The notes under the pieces were generated by a model. That model saw nothing but the letters and a program-made list of their open reading frames with translations. It searched no databases and was not told where the DNA came from. Shown here piece by piece: positions 11,090 through 19,907 of a DNA stretch of 37,828 nt (the stretch's first letter is position 1; the number at the start of each line of letters is the position of its first letter). Source of the DNA: Thraustochytrium aureum (Eukaryota); contig BLSG01000090.1 of assembly GCA_012862495.1 (NCBI GenBank), positions 213,041-250,868 of the forward strand, read 5' to 3'. The position numbers and the translations under genes were made by a program.

Positions 11090-12556
11090 ATGAGCGTCAC
11101 CGTCAAGCCCACCGATGAGTTCCCCGTAGCGTTCGGCGACGCCAGGAAGTGCGGCTGCAAACAGTCCACCTACTTTATGGTCCTTCTCGTGCTGATCAAC
11201 GCGGTGCTCTTCGCTGACCAGAACCTGATGGGCCCCGTCCTGACCCCCATCGCCCGCAGCTTTGGTTGGGTGGAAACCTACCCGAACGGCACTGTCGTGC
11301 TCGAGTATGACGAAAACGTGGACAAGTTCCTCCCCAAGGTGATGGGCGCCAAGCGCGACCTCTGGCTCGCCGGGTACATCATCGCCGGGTTCTGGATCCT
11401 CGGCGGCATCGCGAGCCTCGTCGTCGGCTACCTCGCCGACACCGTCAACCGCCGCAACGTGCTCTGCGCCGTGGTCCTCCTGGGCGAGACCGCGTGCTTG
11501 ATGACCTACTTCACGACGGACTTTTGGGGCCTTTTCGTCACGCGAGTCCTGACTGGCGTGGCCATTGGTGGCGCCGTACCGCTCATGTTCTCGCTCTTTG
11601 GCGACCTCTTCGACGCCGAGACGCGCGGTCGCGCAACGGCTGCTGCGCTGACAGCTGTCAACCTCGGCGCTGGCATCGGCCAGATTGGCGCGAGCATCAT
11701 CGCCGGCCCGGAAGGTGAGAACTGGCGCCTCCCCTTCGTCATCGTCGCTGTGCCGGCGTACTTTCTCGTCGCTACTATCTTGCTCACCGTGCCCGAGCCG
11801 CCCCGCGGCACCAAGGAAGAGGCGTTTATGGACGAGGACGGCAACGCCCTCATCGTGGACTACGACGAAAAGGTCAGCTGGGCAAAGTTCATGGAACTGA
11901 TCAAGACGCCAACTGTGCTGCTCATCTTTGCCCAGGGCGTGCCCGCGTCCTTGCCGTGGGGCGTCCTTCTTGGCATCTTCACCGACTTTCTCATCGAGGA
12001 CAAGAACGTGGAGCGCGCCACCTCGGGCCTCGTCGTTCTCGCATTTGGAGCAGGCGCCGGCCTTGGCGCCATTCTCGGCGGGTACATTGCCGACTGGCTC
12101 GCCCACAAGCGCCGCTTCATCCCCATCGTCATGGGTGCGACCACCGCGGTCGGCGCCATCCCGATGATCGTCCTGATCAACTTGGGCCCCCAGTCGGTTG
12201 GGTTTTACATGGGCCTGTCGATTCCCTCGGGCATTATCATCGGCATCACCGGCTCGGCCATCAAGGTCGTCCTCCTCAACGTGACGCTGCCGGAAACGCG
12301 CGGCAGCGCTTTTGCCATCTTCAACCTCTTTGACGACCTGGGCAAGGGTGGCGGCGCCGTGCTCGTCGCCGCCATTGTGGCCGCGTTTGGCCGCGTGGAC
12401 GGCCTCACGTACTCAATGGGCGGCTGGATCTTGGGCGCTATCGCACACTTCATCATGTACTTTTACATCGAGGCAGACTACAAGCGCGCACAGGACACTC
12501 TCCGCGAGCTCCGGAGCTCCGGAGCGCTCACCACCAAGGTGGCTGATGAGCTTTAG
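11090..12556 (+). CDS. Major facilitator superfamily transporter, Spinster-like
   Basis: ATG at 11090. About 12 hydrophobic segments, LFADQNLMGP in TM1, MFS motif A GYLADTVNRR with second copy GYIADWLAHKRR, RVLTGVAIGG, DLFDAETRGRA and VTLPETRGSAFAIFNLFDDLGKG. Confidence 0.9.
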   Translation: MSVTVKPTDEFPVAFGDARKCGCKQSTYFMVLLVLINAVLFADQNLMGPVLTPIARSFGWVETYPNGTVVLEYDENVDKFLPKVMGAKRDLWLAGYIIAGFWILGGIASLVVGYLADTVNRRNVLCAVVLLGETACLMTYFTTDFWGLFVTRVLTGVAIGGAVPLMFSLFGDLFDAETRGRATAAALTAVNLGAGIGQIGASIIAGPEGENWRLPFVIVAVPAYFLVATILLTVPEPPRGTKEEAFMDEDGNALIVDYDEKVSWAKFMELIKTPTVLLIFAQGVPASLPWGVLLGIFTDFLIEDKNVERATSGLVVLAFGAGAGLGAILGGYIADWLAHKRRFIPIVMGATTAVGAIPMIVLINLGPQSVGFYMGLSIPSGIIIGITGSAIKVVLLNVTLPETRGSAFAIFNLFDDLGKGGGAVLVAAIVAAFGRVDGLTYSMGGWILGAIAHFIMYFYIEADYKRAQDTLRELRSSGALTTKVADEL

Positions 12557-12829
12557 GGGGCTTGCGCAGCTCTCCGACCTGCGTTGCATTGACTTGAGGA
12601 GCACCTTGACCTAAAGGGAAGCAACCCCAGAAAAAGGAATCTGTTATTTGGCATTCAGCGCGCCTTCGCGCAGCGCTTTCGCGTTCCTTTGTTGCCAACG
12701 CGTGCCTTCCCCGAGGCGCAACTTCTTCTTCTGGCCCGCATCATCGATGATGCAGGCTTGCGCGTTTCTTACTTGGGACCAGCGGCCCGGGGCTGCGCGG
12801 GTTGCTGGGTTGCTCGGGCCTACCAGTTA

Positions 12830-14443
12830 TCAAGCAATCTCTTGGATGGGCGCCTCGCGGCTCCACAGTTCGTGAACGAACTTGAACAGGTCCGCAGAGA
12901 CGGAAACCTTGTACGCCGTCGGATTGAGCGGGCGCACGTGATCCTCACGGAGCAGGCCTACCTGCGACCGAGCGAAAGCGCGGACCTCCGAAGACGCGTC
13001 GAGCGGCACGACAACGGAGCCGTCGAAAACGACTCTCAGCAAGGGCTCCACGGCGGTTGGGCGGATGTAGCACCGCTTCCGCTCCTCGAAGGGGTGAAAG
13101 CACAAAATGCGCTCGTTCGGCTTGGGGGGCGCCTCGTCTTCCTGGGTCATGTAGTCGCACAGCGCGTCGCCGTCCTGCCCCAACAGCCGGTACACGTTCT
13201 TCTTGCCAGGCAAGGTGGTCTTGGAGAACTCGTTCGAGAGCTTGATGCAGGCCCGACCTTTGATCTCCACGAGCTTGAACACCATCCCTAGCGCAGGCTG
13301 CGCTTGGCAGGTGACCAGGTTGGTGCCGATCCCGAAAGAGTCAATCTCATGCCCCTGCTTGGCAAGCGAGTGCAGCACGTCCTCGTTGATGTCGTTGCTC
13401 GCGACGATCGTCTTGTCGCCGAGCCCGTGCGCCTTGAACATTGCGCGAGCCTTCTTGCTCAGGTACGCGAGGTCGCCGCTGTCGAGTCGGATGCCCACGG
13501 GCTCGTGCCCCAGCTCGCGCAGCTGCAGCGCAACGCAGATAAAGTTGGGCACACCGCTCACAAGCGTGTCGTACGTGTCTACCAGCGCAAGAAACCCGTC
13601 CGGGAACGCTTGCGCGTAAGAGACAAACGCCGCCAGCTCGCTCACATTGCTGTCCGTGAACCCAAGCGCCAAGCGACGCGCAAGGACAGGCTCCCAGAAC
13701 GGCTTGCCGTCGAGCTCGCGCGAGGCGAGGTCGTCGGGCCCTCCGAACGAGCTGACGAACGCGTGCGCGTGCGTGCCGCGAACGCTCATCCCGAAAAGCT
13801 TGCCCGCCAAGCAGTTACTCGTCCCGTCGAACCCGCCGACGTACGAGTAGCGCGAGGCGCTGATCGCCCCGTCCGGGCCTTGCGCGCGCCGCAGCCCGAA
13901 CTCGAGCAGAGTCTTGTCGTTCCCGGCCGCGATGCGCATCCGCATCGCGTTCGTGGCGATGAGGGAGGAAAAGTTGGTTGCGTTGAGCAAGGTCGTTTCC
14001 AGCAGCTGGGCCACGCCGAGCGGGCCTTCGATGCGGATCAACGGGATGCGCGGAAACACCACCGAGCCCTCGCGGAGCGCGAGGACTTTGACCTGGCTGC
14101 AGTCCACGCCAGCCAGCCACGTGAAAAAGGCCGGATCCGTGTTGCTCGGCAGCGTGCGCCTCAAGTAGTTGACATCGTCAGTGGAGAACGAAAACGCGGT
14201 CATGTACCGCAGAACCTCCTCGAGACCGCAGAAGAGGGCAAACTCGCCCTTAAAGGGACACTTGCGAAAGAACGCTTCAAACACTGCCGGCTCCTCGTGC
14301 CTCCCCGCCTTCCAGTACGCGTACGCCATCGTGATCTGGTACATATCCGTCAGCAGCGCCTTCACAAACCTGCTGTGCGGCCGCAGCTCCCCCTGGCTGT
14401 CCAGCCGCGCCCGCTTGCTCTGGGGCGCTGCATCTCCATTCCC
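12830..14443 (-). CDS. NAPRT: Nicotinate phosphoribosyltransferase (NAD salvage); start codon in gap 14444-14948
   Basis: LLTDMYQITM, FFRKCPF, LLEFGLRRAQGPDG, GTHAHAFV, ALVDTYD, GIRLDSGDL, IVASNDINE, FGIGTNLVTC and IKLS...KTTLPG. Confidence 0.97.
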   Translation of the reverse strand, partial: GNGDAAPQSKRARLDSQGELRPHSRFVKALLTDMYQITMAYAYWKAGRHEEPAVFEAFFRKCPFKGEFALFCGLEEVLRYMTAFSFSTDDVNYLRRTLPSNTDPAFFTWLAGVDCSQVKVLALREGSVVFPRIPLIRIEGPLGVAQLLETTLLNATNFSSLIATNAMRMRIAAGNDKTLLEFGLRRAQGPDGAISASRYSYVGGFDGTSNCLAGKLFGMSVRGTHAHAFVSSFGGPDDLASRELDGKPFWEPVLARRLALGFTDSNVSELAAFVSYAQAFPDGFLALVDTYDTLVSGVPNFICVALQLRELGHEPVGIRLDSGDLAYLSKKARAMFKAHGLGDKTIVASNDINEDVLHSLAKQGHEIDSFGIGTNLVTCQAQPALGMVFKLVEIKGRACIKLSNEFSKTTLPGKKNVYRLLGQDGDALCDYMTQEDEAPPKPNERILCFHPFEERKRCYIRPTAVEPLLRVVFDGSVVVPLDASSEVRAFARSQVGLLREDHVRPLNPTAYKVSVSADLFKFVHELWSREAPIQEIA

Positions 14444-14948
14444 NNNNNNNNNNNNNNNNNNNNNNNNNNNNNNNNNNNNNNNNNNNNNNNNNNNNNNNNN
14501 NNNNNNNNNNNNNNNNNNNNNNNNNNNNNNNNNNNNNNNNNNNNNNNNNNNNNNNNNNNNNNNNNNNNNNNNNNNNNNNNNNNNNNNNNNNNNNNNNNNN
14601 NNNNNNNNNNNNNNNNNNNNNNNNNNNNNNNNNNNNNNNNNNNNNNNNNNNNNNNNNNNNNNNNNNNNNNNNNNNNNNNNNNNNNNNNNNNNNNNNNNNN
14701 NNNNNNNNNNNNNNNNNNNNNNNNNNNNNNNNNNNNNNNNNNNNNNNNNNNNNNNNNNNNNNNNNNNNNNNNNNNNNNNNNNNNNNNNNNNNNNNNNNNN
14801 NNNNNNNNNNNNNNNNNNNNNNNNNNNNNNNNNNNNNNNNNNNNNNNNNNNNNNNNNNNNNNNNNNNNNNNNNNNNNNNNNNNNNNNNNNNNNNNNNNNN
14901 NNNNNNNNNNNNNNNNNNNNNNNNNNNNNNNNNNNNNNNNNNNNNNNN

Positions 14949-16021
14949 CGGGCGCTGCTGGGTGGACGACGGTGCGCTGCGCCGGTGGGGCGGAAGCGCG
15001 GCGTCGCAGGGACGGCGTCGAGCGAGCCGTTTGACGAGCGTGTGAGGCTTGCCAACCAGGGGCGCGCCGCGAGGGTGTTCATGGACAAGGGCGACGAGTT
15101 TGAGTACCTCAGAGACGCGGTGGCAGACATGCTCGTCGACAGAATCCGAGATATTTCGAGAGACTTTGATTCCGCGCTTGACCTCGGCTGCAACACCGGC
15201 AATGTGCTGGGCAAGCTATTGGAACACGCTGAGGGCTCACCCGGTGAAGACAACTTTGAGCTCCCCGGAGCACTGCGCAAACTGACCCTGTTCGACCCCA
15301 GCGAAGATATGGTCAGCGCAGCAAAGTCGCGTATTGCCTCCGGCCCCCTGGGCTCGCAGACGCCGTTGAAATCCACGGCGTAGTGTCCCCGCTACACCAG
15401 GTGGCACACGCCGTGGGGCCGCGCTCGGTTGACATGGTGTTGAGCTGTCTTTCGCTGCACTGGGCGAACGACCTCCCTGGCGTGCTTGCACAGGCGAAAG
15501 GCGCTTTGCGGCCGGACGGCGTCTTCCTGGGAGCTGTTCTAGGAGGGGATACGCTCTTCGAACTCCGCTCCGCGATGGCTTTCGCAGAGCAGGAGCGCGA
15601 AGGGGGCATCTCAGCGCACGTGTCTCCAATGATCCGCCATGCGGACGCCTGCGGCTTGCTGAGCGGCGCCGGGTTCACCTTGACCACGGTGGACACGAGC
15701 ACCATCACAGTCGAGTACCGGGACGCGTTCTCCTGCATGGAGCACCTGAGTTTGATGGGCGAGTCGAGCGCGAGCAAGGCGCGCCGGCCGACCGTCTCGC
15801 GCGAGACGATGGCCGCGACGGCCGCCGCCTATGAGGCCCTTTTCGGGGACGAGGACGGCTACGTGCCAGCCACCTTTGAGGTAGTTTTTATGATTGGCTG
15901 GGCGCCGCACGCCTCCCAGCCCAAGCCGCTCGCCCCTGGCTCGCACGACGCGTCGCTGGGCTCGCTCGGCAAGTCGTACGGTGACATAAAGCGCAACCCG
16001 GCGCCGCCTCGCTCGCCCTAG
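14949..16021 (+). CDS. NDUFAF5: Mitochondrial complex I assembly factor NDUFAF5 (methyltransferase-fold arginine hydroxylase); start in gap; frame break at C-run 15344-15348
   Basis: FEYLRDAVADMLVDRIRDISRDFDSALDLGC, then in the next frame DMVLSCLSLHWANDLPG...LRPDGVF...GGDTLFELR...AEQEREGGISAHVSP...LSLMGES...PATFEVVFMIGWAPHASQPKPLAPGS. Confidence 0.93.
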
Positions 16022-16113
16022 CGGCGCTGGTTCTGTCAGTCACTAGAGTAGCTAGAAGCAAAAAGGAAAAAATCCGCCGTCCATTCATTGCTGCCCCAAG
16101 AATAATAAGTCTC

Positions 16114-17451
16114 CTACTCTTCGTCCTCATCGTCGTCGTCGTCGTCGTCGAGGTCGTCCAAGTCATCAAGGTCGTCATCGCCCTCGAGATAGAGTTTTTC
16201 CTGGATAGCTGCTGCTGCGGCATCGGCGCCCGGCATTGGCGCTGGCGGTGCTGCTGCGGCCGCGGAAGCTCCAACCGCCGCATCGTCCGCTTCAGACTCG
16301 CTGTCGCCGTCCTCCTCCTCCCCCTCCTCCTCCTCGTCGTCGTCCTCCTCGGCATCATTTCCGCCGTTGGCGCCTTCACCCGCGTCTTCCTCCTCGACCT
16401 CTTCGCGACGCGAGTAGTCGGTGTCGTTCTTGGCATCCGGGTCGTCCATGAACAACGACTTGTCCATGTTGAACAGCGCGCGACCGGAGAGCGTGGCAGA
16501 CTTGCCTTTGCGCGCCTCGCGCTCCCGATCGCCTTGCTCTGCGAGCTTCTTGAGCCTCTTTTTCTCTTTCCACTCCTTGAACCTCTCCGCTGTGACGGGT
16601 GTGAGCGGCCCCTTCAAAAGCGCGCGCTCTTCCTCGATTCGCTCCTCGATGGGGATGCCGCCGCGTGCGCGGATCTCTTCCTCGTCTTGAATTTTCTGGC
16701 GGATGAACTCGGTGAGGCGCTCGCTGGCCGCCTCCACGGAGCACTCCGCGTCCTCCTGCGGTGCGGACGTGCCCTTGGATCCTTTCGGGATCTCCAGGAA
16801 CACGGTGTCGCCGCGCACAATGGCGACGGCATTTCGAACGTCCAGGATCATGTGGACTTTGTACTCAAAGGTGGTCGGCGTCTCCCCCATAAAGATCATC
16901 TTCATCGGGTTGAGTGTGGTCCCGTCGTTCACCTTGACGTGCAAGCACGGTGACCCGTCGCCGGGGGCCTTGCCCACGAGGTTGTCCTTCCACACCAGCT
17001 CGACGCAGACCCGCTCCACCTTGACTTTACTGCCCTGCCCGAACACGTCGCGCAGAGGCGAGACCGGTGTGCCAAAGTCCTTCTCGTCCGCAATCTTCTG
17101 CTGGGCTTCTTCGGCCTCCTTGTCGGCGGCCTCTTGCTCGGCGTCCTTCTTGGTGGGCTTCTTCTTTTTCTTCTTCTCCACGTACGCCTCGCCGAGCAGG
17201 AGCGCCATCTCGCGCTCGGCCTGCTTGCGCTCCTCCTTCTCGCGCTTCTTCTTCGCTGCTTGAGCATCGAGGTAGGCCTGGCTCTTCCCTCCCGTTTTGG
17301 AGTTGGCGGTCACCTGCTGAATATACTGCTGGACCTTTTTGCTCTTGTTCTTGTTCTTCAGGCCGAAGGTCTTGTCCTCCACCACCTTCTCGCGGTGCTT
17401 CTCCACCGTCTTCTTCGAGGCGCCCTTCGCGGCCGCCTTGGCCTTGGCCAT
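16114..17451 (-). CDS. ZC3H15/Tma46/DFRP1-like DRG-family regulatory protein lacking recognisable CCCH fingers; long acidic tail
   Basis: ATG at 17451. N-terminal signature KVVEDKTFGLKNKNKSKKVQQYIQQV, DFRP C-terminal block IEERIEEERALL..PLTPVTAERFKEWKEKKR...LSGRALF, and a D/E-rich tail. Confidence 0.85.
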   Translation of the reverse strand: MAKAKAAAKGASKKTVEKHREKVVEDKTFGLKNKNKSKKVQQYIQQVTANSKTGGKSQAYLDAQAAKKKREKEERKQAEREMALLLGEAYVEKKKKKKPTKKDAEQEAADKEAEEAQQKIADEKDFGTPVSPLRDVFGQGSKVKVERVCVELVWKDNLVGKAPGDGSPCLHVKVNDGTTLNPMKMIFMGETPTTFEYKVHMILDVRNAVAIVRGDTVFLEIPKGSKGTSAPQEDAECSVEAASERLTEFIRQKIQDEEEIRARGGIPIEERIEEERALLKGPLTPVTAERFKEWKEKKRLKKLAEQGDREREARKGKSATLSGRALFNMDKSLFMDDPDAKNDTDYSRREEVEEEDAGEGANGGNDAEEDDDEEEEGEEEDGDSESEADDAAVGASAAAAAPPAPMPGADAAAAAIQEKLYLEGDDDLDDLDDLDDDDDDDEDEE

Positions 17452-17593
17452 CTCGCCCAGTCGAGTCGCGCCGCCAACCTGTCTGCCAGGAGCCCGCGAG
17501 CGCCAACAAAACCAAACGCCCCAAGCGGCGCCTCGCCGCGCGTGACAGGCAAGCAACGAACGAACGCACGTACGCACGCACGGAAGAACGAAT

Positions 17594-17624
<31 letters not shown>
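17594..17624. repeat. (GCAC)n microsatellite, ~7 copies
   Basis: Read directly from the sequence; lies upstream of the ZC3H15-like ATG. Confidence 0.95.
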
Positions 17625-17625
<1 letters not shown>

Positions 17626-17789
17626 GCGCCCCGACCCGCTCTGCTCCGCCCTTCCGAGTCTGCCCGCGCGCGGCTCCTGCGCCCAGCCCTCGCGTGCTCC
17701 CTCCTCCTCTCCATCCGCTGCGGCTGTTCCGTGGAACACGGAAACTTCCTACAGGAACGCCACGCGAGTTACCGTTAGCGACGGTAACA

Positions 17790-17912
17790 TCCGTTGTTCG
17801 CGGATCGTGCTCCGTTGTTCGCGGATCGGGTTTCCGTTGTTCGCGGATTGTGTTCCGTTGTTCACGGATCGTATTTCCGTTGTTCGCGGATTGTGCTCCG
17901 TTGTTCGCGGAT
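17790..17912. repeat. Tandem minisatellite, 6 visible units of TCCGTTGTTCGCGGAT plus a 5-6 nt variable linker; truncated by gap 17913-18352
   Basis: Units start at 17790, 17811, 17833, 17854, 17876 and 17897. Linkers are CGTGC, CGGGTT, TGTGT, CGTATT and TGTGC. Unit 4 has one G>A change. Confidence 0.95.
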
Positions 17913-18414
17913 NNNNNNNNNNNNNNNNNNNNNNNNNNNNNNNNNNNNNNNNNNNNNNNNNNNNNNNNNNNNNNNNNNNNNNNNNNNNNNNNNNNNNNNN
18001 NNNNNNNNNNNNNNNNNNNNNNNNNNNNNNNNNNNNNNNNNNNNNNNNNNNNNNNNNNNNNNNNNNNNNNNNNNNNNNNNNNNNNNNNNNNNNNNNNNNN
18101 NNNNNNNNNNNNNNNNNNNNNNNNNNNNNNNNNNNNNNNNNNNNNNNNNNNNNNNNNNNNNNNNNNNNNNNNNNNNNNNNNNNNNNNNNNNNNNNNNNNN
18201 NNNNNNNNNNNNNNNNNNNNNNNNNNNNNNNNNNNNNNNNNNNNNNNNNNNNNNNNNNNNNNNNNNNNNNNNNNNNNNNNNNNNNNNNNNNNNNNNNNNN
18301 NNNNNNNNNNNNNNNNNNNNNNNNNNNNNNNNNNNNNNNNNNNNNNNNNNNNGCAAAGACGGAGCGGCTTTGGCGACATCCTGGTGGCGTGCGGGCTCTC
18401 GGTGACGCGGTCAA

Positions 18415-18436
18415 CGTGCGTGCGTGCGTGCGTGCG
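18415..18436. repeat. (CGTG)n microsatellite, ~5 copies
   Basis: Read directly from the sequence. Confidence 0.9.
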
Positions 18437-18544
18437 GTCCAGGCGGAAAGAAACGGGGAAGGAAGGAGCCCGAGGTTGACGCACTCCAAGGTCTGCCACC
18501 CGCGACGAACGAACGACGCCGTGGGGGCGCGGGCCTTGACGGCG

Positions 18545-19869
18545 ATGTACGGGTTGCCGCCGCTCGCGGTCGGCGTACTTGTCAAGCGCAAGGAGCGCGG
18601 CGACACGCCTCGAACTGAGCTAGCAGGCGCCGTGTCGAGACGGCAAGGCTCCGACACGGGACAGCCGAGCCCGCGGCGAACCTGGACGAGCAACCCGAAC
18701 CGGAGTGGCCAGGGACGCTAAGCGAGCCGCTCGGGGACGCTGGGCCAAACAATCGCGGAGCTGGCGCGATAGCAGGCGACGAGGTCGCTGCCATTGAGAG
18801 CGGCGGGTCGCCCCAAGCCGACAAGCACCAGGATTTGTGGAAGGACGCCTGGGGGCGCCGGCCCAGCACGGCAGGAGACTCTGCCTCCGCGCAAAACAGC
18901 GCGCGAGCAGGCGGCGCGCTCGGGTTGGGCTATTTAGCTCCCCTCGCGCACTCAATGTGCGTGTCGAGCCTGCTGTCGCTGACGCAAAGCTCGCCCGAGC
19001 TGTTCCCAAAGTTTCCCAAGACCGTCGGCTCGGTCACGGCGGCCCACACGACGTTTTTCAGCGACTCGTCCATCGGCTCGCTGCGAAAGGCCGACGAGCG
19101 GATCGCAGCGCGCAAGGCCTGGCTCGCCCAGCAAGCCGCTCTAGCTGAGCGGCAGACCACGTTCCTCGCAGAAAAGGCCGTTCGCGACGCAGAGGAAGCC
19201 CGGCTCCGTCTGGAGCGCCAGAAACGCCGCGTAGCGCGTCGCAAGCGCATCAGAAATGCTGCTGCCAGGCAGATCCAACGACGCGTGCGCCTATTTCTGA
19301 CAAAGTTGAGGGCTTGGCGAGAGGAAGCCCGGCGCGAGGAAGCGGCGGAGACCATACAACGCAACTTCCGGGACGCAGCGCAGTGCAAGCCCGCGCTGGC
19401 GCTCAGGGCTGCCAAAAGAGAGCACAAGTCAGCAGTTGTTATTCAAACCAAAGCCCGCCAGATCCTCGCTCGCAAGTCAATCATCGCTGCTCGCGAACAC
19501 CGGCAAAGGCTGCTCGAAGCAGCGGTAGATCAGCGGCTAAGCGCCGCAGCGAGGCAGATCCAACGCGTGGTGCGAGGGCACAGCGAGCGGGAGCGGGCTT
19601 CAAAGCTGCGCCAAGCGCAGAACGAGTATGACGCAACGAGGCGGGCACGGCTGAAAGAGGCGCGCAAGAAAAAGGCAGAGAATGAGGCGGCCATGGTCGC
19701 CAAGCTCCAACAGCAGCGGCGAGACCTTCTCACGCGGAAAAACAAAAAGGACGCAAGCAAGGGCGAAAGGGCGCCAAATCTAAAAAGAGCAAGTAGGGTT
19801 GCGATGCGCGCAGCGAGCAAGCGCGATTCAGAAAGCGCTCGCCCTTTGTTTACGAATAATCCTACCTAA
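18545..19869 (+). CDS. Uncharacterised IQ-motif / coiled-coil protein; proposed ATG at 18545 requires a frame repair at GGG 18658-18660
   Basis: ORF 18835..19869 has IQ-like motifs (AARQIQRRVR, AAETIQRNFR, AVVIQTKAR, AARQIQRVVRG) within R/E/K-rich helices. The frame is open upstream to 18619 and joins MYGLPPLAVG...SDTG if one G is added. The start is uncertain. Confidence 0.7.
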
Positions 19870-19907
19870 ACGGTTTCCCAGCCGCAGACACCGAGCGCAA
19901 GGCTCGC

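Noticed and set aside
12540..12556. C-terminal ADEL of the MFS transporter as an ER-retention signal
   Set aside because: MFS C-termini are normally cytosolic, whereas KDEL-type signals act in the lumen.
14949..16021. Pseudogene calls for the frameshifted genes (NDUFAF5, USP32-like, LRR-IQ, ARM-like, CSPP1-like)
   Set aside because: Motifs are intact on both sides of each break, there are no in-frame nonsense codons once repaired, and the breaks share a homopolymer-deletion signature typical of sequencing error.
16114..16400. (TCG)n/(TCC)n tracts as independent repeats
   Set aside because: They simply encode the Asp/Glu-rich tail of the ZC3H15-like protein.
17790..17912. CRISPR array
   Set aside because: The repeats are palindromic but only 16 bp, the linkers are 5-6 nt and resemble each other, no cas genes are present, and the context is eukaryotic.
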